Below, in pieces: positions 49,001-55,488 of a stretch of DNA of 64,000 nucleotides. This DNA is from Varibaculum cambriense. GTDB lineage: Bacteria > Actinomycetota > Actinomycetes > Actinomycetales > Actinomycetaceae. The stretch is taken from assembly GCF_032557235.1 (NCBI RefSeq), contig NZ_JAWGMB010000001.1:28930-92929 (forward strand), written 5' to 3'. How positions within the stretch are numbered: position 1 is the first letter of the stretch; each line of letters begins with the position of its first letter. Both the position numbers and the translations under genes were made by a program. A model generated the notes under the pieces. The model was given only the letters and a program-made list of their open reading frames with translations, was not told the DNA's origin and made no database searches.

Positions 49001-49757
49001 GTTCTTCGATCAGTAATTTGTTCTGCTCGTAAAAATCTTTTCCGGCTGGGTAACTAGTGTCAACATCCATCAGACGACGATCCCCACCGTTATAGATGTA
49101 CGCTAAAGCCTTTAGCTCTCGTTGAATCTTAGGGTCGGAGACCATACGACCTGTCGATGATCTGTCAACAGAACCTACCGCATCGCCAGCATCAATAGAT
49201 ACTTTCAAACCTTTTTCCGTATGCCCCGGTTTGCTGGGATCTAACCAGGAGGGGTCAATCCCAAAACCAGGCTGTGCGCAGAATGAACTAGTGTAGTATT
49301 CCGGTGCTTTAGTCAGGACACCCTGTTGATTAACATCTCGATAGACATCTCCGCGGTTTTTTACCATCAGGTAATTCGCATTATGCATCCGAAGCGTGTT
49401 GGGGAGCTCTACCTCCCAATCATTCGACCACCCATTACTCTGGGCAATCGCATTGTTATACGCGTCTCTCAGCTGAGTATTTGGCCAATGATTGTTCCTC
49501 TGACCGAACTGTTCCGCCCAAAATATAGTTCCCTCGGCAAAAGGCGGATTAGGTATATCCCAGTTTCCGTCCTCTATCTCCTGGAAATTCATGCCGGCTT
49601 CTACGGCTTTGAAATCTTTTGCTAATTGGGCATTCTCCGTATCGGAGGCCTGGGAGGGGGCTACCAAGGTGGTGATAGTCCATGCCAGGGCTAATGCAGC
49701 AGCTAATCCAGCGACGATCCAACGCCGCAACAATTTAGCAGTTTGACTGTTAATCAT
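40023..49757 (-). CDS. Giant cell-wall-anchored adhesin (3244 aa): signal peptide, thioester-like head, 11 Thr-Gln-ester-type Ig-like domains, 9 Cys-pair prealbumin-like domains, Pro-rich stalk, LAKTG sorting signal
   Basis: The signal peptide is MINSQTAKLLRRWIVAGLAAALALAWTITTLVAPSQA. Repeated ~130-aa units each start with a [IV]-x-T strand and end in VxFE..Y ... HxDxxDxxQT[VI]. Interspersed ~110-120-aa units carry a conserved Cys pair. The C-terminus has LAKTG, a hydrophobic helix and RRYQREELED. Confidence 0.93.
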   Translation of the reverse strand: MINSQTAKLLRRWIVAGLAAALALAWTITTLVAPSQASDTENAQLAKDFKAVEAGMNFQEIEDGNWDIPNPPFAEGTIFWAEQFGQRNNHWPNTQLRDAYNNAIAQSNGWSNDWEVELPNTLRMHNANYLMVKNRGDVYRDVNQQGVLTKAPEYYTSSFCAQPGFGIDPSWLDPSKPGHTEKGLKVSIDAGDAVGSVDRSSTGRMVSDPKIQRELKALAYIYNGGDRRLMDVDTSYPAGKDFYEQNKLLIEEHKAALDLFNQLDPYQKNGAAQALVWAIEKNSAADGIFVYRKGTIDWTVTNVARAVLPHIRNIANAEIKMWQAYQALKDQQIADEKAYKEALAKWKAETAASMAKDEAAYQNNKQLLESIKLSVTRADDTHFRVNLIGSSEAIALLQEAKGSLQISGSDNLVLPSDTSIAKAASPGGILVGVKFDNAAACSGAVQKANINASFKGSIEITRTYIFKNPKTTGKYVQFQSQVNLGKYVVAVSGSASSSFEFTSTCPVAPEPSIGTTLEGSDGAKVIDTAGKADTDTVTLIDKVAFKNLKGGQNYVIKGELVDGDGNSVGETAVSDPFDPKASGASDNGNGYYSGTINIKFQVPVAKIRKNAKLVAFETLYQGTNPDTGTKVTEHKDKTDKNQTVTEKPRIGTSAQAQGESTDNGKVAVPEEGKDVLIKDTVTWNKLNPGTYTLSGQLMKKVGNQVTPVEGTKAAKNFTVNPGELKGVQELTFTLPAKQIEAGASYVVYEKVFKGADNTAGILVASHEDPNDKGQTVSVNPKQHKLPTIETKAWVRDDGKSLISAVEADGQDFKVKDQITYKDLKPGTYTAFATLVNKDNRKDIIATGRQVFTNGSENGSTRVELTVPGSKVKADGKYVVFERIYQGEQRTEPSGDPYAKHEEITDGSQTITVTPKNPVPAEFKIVKKTVGGNTDDDRVFDFDVSCDGFKTTATVLVRKGASQGETTVSNPALTSGMSCQVSEKAVADTQNTVKVKFTGTETSSDGTVAKFNLTEDNAKTVVVTATNTYTPKEAKFTVRKNVEAAGVTHFSVPNSFDFSYKCDGDSSWNALPSLKAGETSAAIKVKPGVTCQIKENSATPENLDRQLQWQGAQSVADGVATFKAEAASQLALVATNTYTEKTGQLGISKQVVDGTAGAGTIPGTFEMKYICATGQKAESVTKPLTSISVNKGGSVTITGIPVGSQCAVYEDTTGINVPNTTLNTTFNGKAPQQVTIGGQVLHNAALSNPIKAGENQKATINVENKYVNQKVGGFEVEKLVAGVVDPGTVLKDVAFDFGYSCEIPGNANAVKGSFKLKHGETFTSADPANPQLNDLPVNTVCKVWEETPKSSANADYVGSELRASATNGAEVTGTDGKLELTIKLNKAAAKAKILATNNYSQQLGGFTLKKEVQGSADQALDIQSYKFKLTYMDGSNTHEVEKTITAGGSYSAWGLPVGSQVKVEELGAIDSKGNFIPVDELSTAKVKHSISWNGTQNDSSTASANTFTISKSMTEAQWKESGKQANVVVKATNTYKAIEQKGTFSVQKTSVKVAGEGKDKIKNLPTSFNFTYECSDGAHGNISNVKPGGEPVVADAQFRAGTVCTVTEQQVLPKGTNAQTVSWTVDGKGKGVGPASGTSATVTIGSDAKTPVAVQAANEYQTPDEPKIATELKGEGRNGNIDLVEGADHIYTMTDKISYWNLEVGKTYKFSGELVVPNADKTDATRTGIKAEKEVTITTPSGVVELPFKLTQAEVAKYSTLVAFEKLDLQVEGGFEPVTKHEDPKDENQTKQVNPWIATVLTDEGGNKQIDTTGKADSDLVTLVDTVKYRNLEAGKTYHLTGKLVDGSGNPIGVSSTSKAFTVPGEAGTLQSGEAKMTFQVTVGQIRQNAKLVAFEYLHPGEPNTPGDQTVITKHEDPNDENQTVNEGPRAATTAQSSAGTKVFDAKTPAKVLDRVTWTKLPAGNYVLVGTLMDKGTKQPVPNVNAEIVKFTVSSGELKGIQEMTFTVPAEQVKANSQFVAFEKIYRQGDVDENGNVKDGKKPVVEHSDLNDSAQTVTTGEEPQSPVTPTLTLQKVVKSEGLEVPSTKEFVFTLKCSSPFDGQSKQQTYKVTAGSKISLPYVKGANCTLTENRETAKVAGIAPSQVTFSADSEKIGLITSDNSASFKMPAEELTEVNVVFTATNTYPTPEKPTVATSAKDANGTKGMYGQTKQANQVYAGTSATIVDEVSWANLLPGDYVLIGKLMDKETEKAVTSYTSAPVKFTVKEGEKNGKQDIKFTVTGDSLKANNSYVVFEYVYRTGDVNGTTPNQDAKPVAEHAVITDADQTVEAITPPTPPAAKVKIMKKVVASGMEVSNNRAYYFTLSCRDKDGQPAGDKTLLVRPDKATEVTNLRSGYVCSINEDLNNAVEQQVTPSVSLTSGTNGFSVQQDSTAGSAHFTVPAATDQVPEVLVNVTNTYNKMGKPELQTNAVTDNGTSTVQAGTATTVTDKVTWKNLPEGKYLLTGKLMHITDNNAAPVAGVTNEPVVVEITKDNSLAGSTTMKFNVPAGAISQAGKYVVYEYLYNYEDTDGKSPKPNTSTVVSHNDPSDDAQTVTVTEAPSVSTTATTDGANEKEIQKGKAAVVTDTVNWKNLPAGNYQALSELVDAKGNPVAGATTKAVPFTVNNGEEAGSVTTKIQLPATATSTVGAKFVVFERIYRASDVDSKTGRPNEDAQPVVSELDLNAINQTVRVVESPKGPPAITFTKVTEKVLDGEVPDKDRKFKFTISCDKNFGGAFEFDMPAGVSAGLPADKQLQVGTVCTLTEMLTDEANPDGILPDTISFSSSDPAMTVSKIGTQTAQFTVPDVDTKVVPEIQVTITNTYSKDFPELGTIARDNADQDKVLNLKKGENAQVQDVATWKNLKPGKYTMIGTLMDKLTGKPVVGSNTPAVDFEVKKGEKTGTIYALFTVPGDKISTKASWVVFEKVYKASDVKDGKVVGKATPVVDHSNLEDADQTVQVTPPPASPEEKTPEIATVAKNGTTFNDGTKDANLGKPVLTPGQDAVIVDTVKWKNLEPGEYTITGSLMDKATNVPLTYLDKDGKLQVAATAERGSFSVKEGETSGEAKVYFKVKGEAIQANKQYVVFEDLYKTADIKDGEPSPGAKKVAQHHDINDAAQTLSVENPTPGTPPETPETPKTPNTPGTTPPGPTPRTPSGGFPSVVRTVLAKTGSTTGIMAMTGVLAMVAGVGLVLIRRYQREELED
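40125..40139 (-). other. LAxTG (LAKTG) sortase recognition motif
   Basis: TTA GCT AAG ACC GGT encodes residues 3207-3211. It is followed by a 23-residue hydrophobic segment and a basic tail. The LAxTG form is the one associated with class E sortases of Actinobacteria. Confidence 0.85.
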
Positions 49758-50252
49758 TATTCATCCTGTGTCTACTAGAAGGAGGGATCGACATCTCCAC
49801 CAACAGATCCTGACGAGGCGTTCGCCTGGGTTATGTCACGCCCAAACGCCCCGCCTGGAGGGACCTGGCCTGTTGTCAATGCCGACAGGAACACTATTAA
49901 CTTGTCTAGGTGTAGTTAATTTATTTTAATACACTTACCATCTTACAAGATTTTCATAGAACAACGCAAGAGAGTTATAGAGGTAAACCTAGGATACTGA
50001 GGTAGTTCGCGGAAGTTAGCCCACTTTCAACAGGGAATTTAGCGGCGCTTACCATCTGGACTGTCTTGAAAAGTGCACAGATTCACAGGACAAAAGGCCT
50101 GTATCAATTACGAATTAACATTAAAAATCCATTAAGCGGTTTTATGATTTCCGAACTGGGTATTCCTTAATTATGAGACTAACTTTAGTGACCAGCCTAA
50201 ACCGAAGGCAGCAATACTTAGTAACCGCCAGGAAAAAGCGTTAGCTGACGCG

Positions 50253-50687
50253 TTACTGAGGTTCCTTGGCCAGCCACAAAGTATAAGGCCCATCATTAAC
50301 TAAAGACACCTGCATCATCGCGCCGAAGACTCCGGTTTCAACCTCCGCGCCACCAGCGCGCAAATCCGCAACTAGTTTGTCAAAAATAGGATGTGCCACC
50401 TCGCCCTTAGCCGCATAAGTCCAGGAAGGGCGGCGTCCCTTGCGCACCGAACCATACAGGGTGAACTGGGAAACCACCAGCAGGGGTGCCCCCGACTCCA
50501 GCACTGAAGAGCCGTCCTCAAAAATCTGTTGATTAAGTAGGCGGCGCACCGTCCAATCAATCTGCTCTTGGCCGTCACCGGGAGTTATCCCCACGAAAGC
50601 CACCAGGCCTGGCCGATCCAGCCTCCCGACGGTTTTACCCTCAACCGTCACCTCCGCGGAAAGTGCCCTTTGAATTAAGGTACGCAT
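50253..50687 (-). CDS. dtd: D-aminoacyl-tRNA deacylase
   Basis: 144 aa with an AGGAGG Shine-Dalgarno. Motifs are MRTLIQRAL, SQFTLYG and GRRPSW. Confidence 0.9.
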   Translation of the reverse strand: MRTLIQRALSAEVTVEGKTVGRLDRPGLVAFVGITPGDGQEQIDWTVRRLLNQQIFEDGSSVLESGAPLLVVSQFTLYGSVRKGRRPSWTYAAKGEVAHPIFDKLVADLRAGGAEVETGVFGAMMQVSLVNDGPYTLWLAKEPQ

Positions 50688-50696
50688 AAGACCCTC

Positions 50697-51812
50697 CTAG
50701 CCTGCGATATTTAACGATCCGGAACCCGAACGCGGGGAGGCGTCAGCAAAGGCTTTCCGATCAATGCGGGACTGTCCCTGCCAGGAAACCCCGGCAGGAT
50801 CGGTAATCACAGTCACCGCCGCGGCCAAAGATTGCTCTTCCTCTCCCTCTTTCCAGCAGACAGTCAGTTGCCCGGTGGGAGCAGTCCGTTTCACTAACCC
50901 CAAAGCAATCGGCCCGTCCTCAAAATGATTGGCACTCGCCTGCACCGTACCGACTTTGCGGCTCCCAGCATAGAGTTCCGCTCCCGGAGGTGGCAGCAAC
51001 GAGGACGTGCCGTCCAGGTGCAAAAAGACCGCCCGGCGCGGAGGGTGACCTAGGTTAACGACGCGCGCTACTGTCTCCTGCCCGCAGTAGCATCCCTTAT
51101 TAAGGTGTACCGCGGTGCGCAGCCAATCCAGTTCATGGGGCAAAGTGCGCGGGTCACTGTCGGTGCCGTAGGGACGCCAAGCCGCTATCCGTAAAGCCCG
51201 CCAATCGGCCGCGGCAGCAAAAACCGGAGCAGCCAGGCTGTATCCGTCCTCAGTTTCTCGTGGCCAAGAAAGCTGCTCCCACTCGGAAAGTAACTGGGCG
51301 CGAACTGCGGCAGTCTTTTCCACCGGAACTACCCCCAGGCGCGCCGGGTAATCCTGCCCCGGATGAGCCTGAGAACGGGGAGAATAAGCGGTGCCACCAG
51401 CAGTTATTCCTGGCCATGGGTCTGTCCAAATCGGCCCAAAATGTGCCAGCACTTCCTCGGCTAGGCTGGGAGTGAAAAAACCCCAAACCGTAAGCTCCGC
51501 GCGTACGGCAACCTCCACCCGCGACATAAATTTCATAGATTCTAAAAACTGCGCCAAAGCCAGCGCATCCGCAGTAAACAGCCAAGCAACCTCGCCGGTC
51601 CAAACGATTCCAGCCGCGAATTTGACCCGGCCATTGGCATCCAGGAACAGCATTTCCCGGCTCTCCCCCGCAGCCATACCGGTTAGCACTTGCGAAGATA
51701 GGGTGGTTAGCCAGGAGGGAGCGTCCGAGCCAGACACGGTGATGACCTGCAGCCCGGTTTCCGCGATCCCGTATCCGCACCGCAAAGCCACTTGGTTGTC
51801 TACAAAAGTCAC
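50697..51812 (-). CDS. ygfZ: Folate-binding YgfZ-family protein
   Basis: 371 aa with a GTG start behind GGAG. It has the signature KGCYCGQETVARV and a GcvT-like fold region. Confidence 0.8.
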   Translation of the reverse strand: MTFVDNQVALRCGYGIAETGLQVITVSGSDAPSWLTTLSSQVLTGMAAGESREMLFLDANGRVKFAAGIVWTGEVAWLFTADALALAQFLESMKFMSRVEVAVRAELTVWGFFTPSLAEEVLAHFGPIWTDPWPGITAGGTAYSPRSQAHPGQDYPARLGVVPVEKTAAVRAQLLSEWEQLSWPRETEDGYSLAAPVFAAAADWRALRIAAWRPYGTDSDPRTLPHELDWLRTAVHLNKGCYCGQETVARVVNLGHPPRRAVFLHLDGTSSLLPPPGAELYAGSRKVGTVQASANHFEDGPIALGLVKRTAPTGQLTVCWKEGEEEQSLAAAVTVITDPAGVSWQGQSRIDRKAFADASPRSGSGSLNIAG

Positions 51813-51814
51813 TA

Positions 51815-52594
51815 TTAGGCTCCTTCTGCCCGGTTAATACCTGGAGTATCCTCGTGCGGATCAGCAGCTTCCTGCCCGTTTGCGGTCTGCCCGGTATCGT
51901 TCGCCGCTTTGGCCTCCGCTACCTCCGCGGCGTCCTCTTTATCTAGCTCTTCGCGCGGATCTTCCCCGGCGGGCAAAGACGTCACCCCGGGGGCGCTCAA
52001 AGTCTCCTCTCCGGCGGGCAGACGCAATAGGCGCGCCGAAAAATCAGATTCGGCATCTTTACCGGGAAGCACCGAATCTTGCGCCCAGAACAGTTCCGAA
52101 GAAACCAATCCCATCATTCGCGAAAGCTGCTCGAAGGGAGCAGGTGCGCGCCGGGAAGAAACCATAATCCGCGGCCCCATCGATACCGCCTCCCAGGAAA
52201 CCTCGGCGGTGTAGGGGCCGCCAGCAGAAGTCAGGCGACAACGCGAGCGCGCCTCTTGCTCACTATCGGCCGGAGCGGCGGCAGTTACTCTCCAAGAGGT
52301 ATCCTCCCGCCAAAGCAAAGCACCACGGCGCAACTGCGAGAGGCCGGTCGCGGCGTCAGCTTGCATATCCGGTTTTTCGGCGACCGGTTCTGCCAACCAG
52401 GTGAGAGTGGCTTGCTGCAGACTCGTTCCGGTGGCGCGAAAAGTAGTTTCTTGCCAAATAAAGCATTCTTCACGCTCTGCGTTTTCAGCATCCGTTTCTT
52501 TAGGCAAACGCGCGGTTCCCCACCCTCGCCAAGATCCCAGTAGCCACGCCAGGGGGATTAATTCTTTCGCTAAGCCTAAAGGTAAATCCATCAT
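51815..52594 (-). CDS. FABP-family / nitrobindin-like beta-barrel protein with acidic C-terminal tail
   Basis: 259 aa. The N-terminal LAWLLGSWRGWG is typical of the DUF1794/nitrobindin family. About 60 aa of Glu/Asp/Ala-rich tail follow. Its stop is 2 nt from the ygfZ start. Confidence 0.6.
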   Translation of the reverse strand: MMDLPLGLAKELIPLAWLLGSWRGWGTARLPKETDAENAEREECFIWQETTFRATGTSLQQATLTWLAEPVAEKPDMQADAATGLSQLRRGALLWREDTSWRVTAAAPADSEQEARSRCRLTSAGGPYTAEVSWEAVSMGPRIMVSSRRAPAPFEQLSRMMGLVSSELFWAQDSVLPGKDAESDFSARLLRLPAGEETLSAPGVTSLPAGEDPREELDKEDAAEVAEAKAANDTGQTANGQEAADPHEDTPGINRAEGA

Positions 52595-52636
52595 GAGCTA
52601 CAGCCTAGTAGAGTAAGTAAGACACAAGCTATAAAA

Positions 52637-53626
52637 GTGACGCAATTGGGCGAAGAGCAAAACCGGGAGAGAATCGGAAATATGGAAGATTCGGCAACCA
52701 CACCGCAGGCAACCCCGAGCGGCGCGAACCCGTCTGCGCCAGCAGACTCCCCTGCCCCTGTCGGCAAAAACACCCAAAAAAACGCGCCTGGCTTGGCAAA
52801 TGCGGTTACAAAACCTACCCCGAAACCGGTTTCTCCCATAGCTGCTCGCAGCTGGTGGGTAGCACTACTTGCTGCCCTGCCTCCCCTAGCGATGCTGTTT
52901 TTCCTTTATTGGAACCCCTATTTGGCGGTACTTACTGCCGCCGTTGTAACTATCGCCGTCTCCCTAACTTGGGGTAGCCTCTCCCAGGCTCCCAGCCCGG
53001 GGCGAACCGGCTTAGTGGTGGTAATCGCCGGAATCGGCTGCCTGCTGGCCGCATTCTTAACTAATAATCTAACCTGGGTTCCGCTGGTACTTTCCTGGAG
53101 TGTACTGGCAGCTTTTATCGCCGAAATGACCCGGGGAAAACATCGGCCTTTAACTACCTGGTCACTAGCTAGCACTATCGCTGGATGTGCGCTGGTAGCA
53201 GCAGGATCGGCCTGGGGACTGGCCATCGCCTACCCCACTATGAATCTTCTGGCAATGGCAGCGTTACCAGCCATGGGACTGGCTTGCCTCACCCTGGCGG
53301 TGCCCACCAAATATGCCAGTATCCGCTGGCTATATTGCTCTTTAGCCGGGATCGTAGCCTCGGGCTTACTGACGTATTTTGTGCTCTACCAATACTCAGA
53401 TTTAGCCCTAGCGATCCCCTTTGCCTACCGCAATCCCGCCGTGGCGATCTGGATCATGACTGTGGGTTTAGGATTCCTATCTGGGCTGCTAGTCGCCTGT
53501 ATCAACGTGCTATTTATGGTGCCGGCAGGCAAAAACTACCGTTGGCGACAACTCACCTTAGCTCTCCTGCCCACCTTGTTCATCGCGGTTCCGATCTACT
53601 CTTTGGCGCGCCTAATCACCGGATAA
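52637..53626 (+). CDS. Polytopic membrane protein (hypothetical)
   Basis: 329-aa ORF with a GTG start; an alternative ATG lies at 52682 behind GGGAGAG. After a hydrophilic N-terminus there are about 8 hydrophobic helices. I recognise no motif. Confidence 0.6.
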   Translation: MTQLGEEQNRERIGNMEDSATTPQATPSGANPSAPADSPAPVGKNTQKNAPGLANAVTKPTPKPVSPIAARSWWVALLAALPPLAMLFFLYWNPYLAVLTAAVVTIAVSLTWGSLSQAPSPGRTGLVVVIAGIGCLLAAFLTNNLTWVPLVLSWSVLAAFIAEMTRGKHRPLTTWSLASTIAGCALVAAGSAWGLAIAYPTMNLLAMAALPAMGLACLTLAVPTKYASIRWLYCSLAGIVASGLLTYFVLYQYSDLALAIPFAYRNPAVAIWIMTVGLGFLSGLLVACINVLFMVPAGKNYRWRQLTLALLPTLFIAVPIYSLARLITG

Positions 53627-53829
53627 TCCGGATAAATTGGCGATTACCCCTGGCGCAGGCACACGGCGAAGATAGAAAGCAGCGAAACTCCCGCGAGGCA
53701 CGCACCCCTGATATACGAATGCACCATATACGAGGGCGAGGGTACGTTAAGCGCGGAAAACAGGAAAACCCTGCCCTGGTAAACACCCATTAAAGGCCGC
53801 CTACCCGGCAGGGAACTCCTTGAGAGTAG

Positions 53830-55488
53830 CTAGTTTTCCTCCGGGATCATCAAGATAGAGCCACAAGGACACTCTTCAGCGCAAATCCCGCAGCCCTTAC
53901 AGTAGTCATACTTGAACTCGTACTCACCCGGTTTAATCTTCTTAATGGCGTTATCAGGACAAACCCCGAAACAGTTATCGCAACCGAAACAGTTGCCACA
54001 AGACATGCAGCGCCGTGCCTCGAATAGGGCAGACTCTTGATCTAAGCCTTGCACTACCTCGTCAAAGGTAGAGGAGCGCCGGGCGGATTCAATCTTGGCG
54101 CGTACCCGGTGAGGAGCATCCGCGTAATACCAGTTAGTAAGCCGATCATAAGTGGCATCCCCGGTGACCGGGGGCTTATGATATTCGGTGCCGTGCAGGA
54201 AAGCATCAATATAGCGAGCGGCTTTCTTACCGTGACCAATCGCCACCGTAACTGTACGCTCGGAAGGAACCATGTCCCCACCGGCAAACACCCCGTGACG
54301 CCCGGTCATCATCTGCGAGTTAACCTGGACGACTCCCTTTTCGATTTCGATATCGCGGGCACGCTCTACCAGACCCAAGTCAGATTCCTGACCTAGCGCC
54401 ATCACCACCGAGTCAGCGCCGAGTTCTTCAAACTCACCGGTCGGCTGGGGGAAGCCGTTCTCGTCCAGCTCCATTTTCTCTACCGTGAGCTTGCCGCCAT
54501 CAATATGTTTAATGGTGGACAGCCACCGCATCATTACCCCTTCTTCCTCGGCTTCACGCACCTCGGAATCATGGGCAGGCATCCGGTCACGGTTACGGCG
54601 ATACACAATCACCGCTTCTTCCGCGCCCAGACGTTTGGCGGTACGAGCAGCGTCAATCGCGGTATTACCCCCGCCATAGATCACAACTTTGCGTCCCACC
54701 ATCGGTTTTTCTTCGCCTTCCATTTCGGCGAGCATCTGCACGGCATCCATGACTTTAGCGCTGGCACCAGCAGGAATATCAGCGTGACGACCTACATGCG
54801 CCCCCACCGCCAAGAATACGGCATCGTAGTCATCAGCCACATCGTCAACATTTTCGACTTTGGCATTGAACTCGAAACGTACCCCCAGGTCTTCGATCCG
54901 TTTAATCTCGGCATCGAGCACCTCGCGGGGCAGACGATACTTAGGGATCCCAAAACGCATCATTCCGCCAGCCATGGGACCGGCTTCTTTTACGGTAACT
55001 TCGTGACCGAGACGGCGCAGATGATAAGCAGCAGACAGTCCGGAAGGTCCTGCCCCCACTACCAGTACATGTTTACCGGTAGGAGCCGCATCTATAGTTA
55101 CATTCCAGCCCTCTTCAATGGCTTTATCGCCCAGGAAACGTTCAATCGCGTTAATCCCCACGGCCTCATCCATTTGCCCGCGGTTACAGGCAGTTTGGCA
55201 AGGATGGTAGCAAACCCGTCCCATAGTGGCAGGTAGCGGATTGTTTACCATGATTTCGCGCCAAGCGGCCTCGTAGTCGCCCTCCTCGGCGTGGTATAGC
55301 CAAGCCTGGACGTTTTCACCGGCGGGGCAAGCCTTATTACAGGGGGGCAGCATGGATACATAAACCGGGCGTTCAGTGCGCCAAGAACCGGTTTCATTCG
55401 CCAGCGACGACCCCACATTCAAAGTCACCGCCCAAGGAGCGGTATCTTCACTGCGAATCTCCGGAGTGGGCAGAGCAGTTTGACTCAT
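53830..55488 (-). CDS. GltD/NfnB-like NAD(P)H-flavin oxidoreductase fused to a C-terminal 2x[4Fe-4S] ferredoxin (PorD-like) domain
   Basis: 552 aa. The N-terminal Cys clusters are CNKACPAGENV and CYHPCQTACNRG. The dinucleotide folds are VLVVGAGPSGLSAAY and VVIYGGGNTAIDAAR. The C-terminal motifs are CMSCGNCFGCDNCFGVCP and CKGCGICAEECPCG. Its start directly abuts the porB-like stop (TAAATG). Confidence 0.8.
   Translation of the reverse strand: MSQTALPTPEIRSEDTAPWAVTLNVGSSLANETGSWRTERPVYVSMLPPCNKACPAGENVQAWLYHAEEGDYEAAWREIMVNNPLPATMGRVCYHPCQTACNRGQMDEAVGINAIERFLGDKAIEEGWNVTIDAAPTGKHVLVVGAGPSGLSAAYHLRRLGHEVTVKEAGPMAGGMMRFGIPKYRLPREVLDAEIKRIEDLGVRFEFNAKVENVDDVADDYDAVFLAVGAHVGRHADIPAGASAKVMDAVQMLAEMEGEEKPMVGRKVVIYGGGNTAIDAARTAKRLGAEEAVIVYRRNRDRMPAHDSEVREAEEEGVMMRWLSTIKHIDGGKLTVEKMELDENGFPQPTGEFEELGADSVVMALGQESDLGLVERARDIEIEKGVVQVNSQMMTGRHGVFAGGDMVPSERTVTVAIGHGKKAARYIDAFLHGTEYHKPPVTGDATYDRLTNWYYADAPHRVRAKIESARRSSTFDEVVQGLDQESALFEARRCMSCGNCFGCDNCFGVCPDNAIKKIKPGEYEFKYDYCKGCGICAEECPCGSILMIPEEN

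Noticed and set aside
40108-49625. Numerous 60-230-aa ORFs on the plus strand inside the giant adhesin gene, for example 44931..45629, 47787..48470, 46872..47357 and 41244..41705.
   Set aside because: They are antisense shadows of a long, repetitive, compositionally biased coding region. They have low-complexity G/V/L/S-rich translations, no Shine-Dalgarno sequences and no recognisable motifs. The minus-strand frame is unbroken for 3244 codons with clear domain logic.
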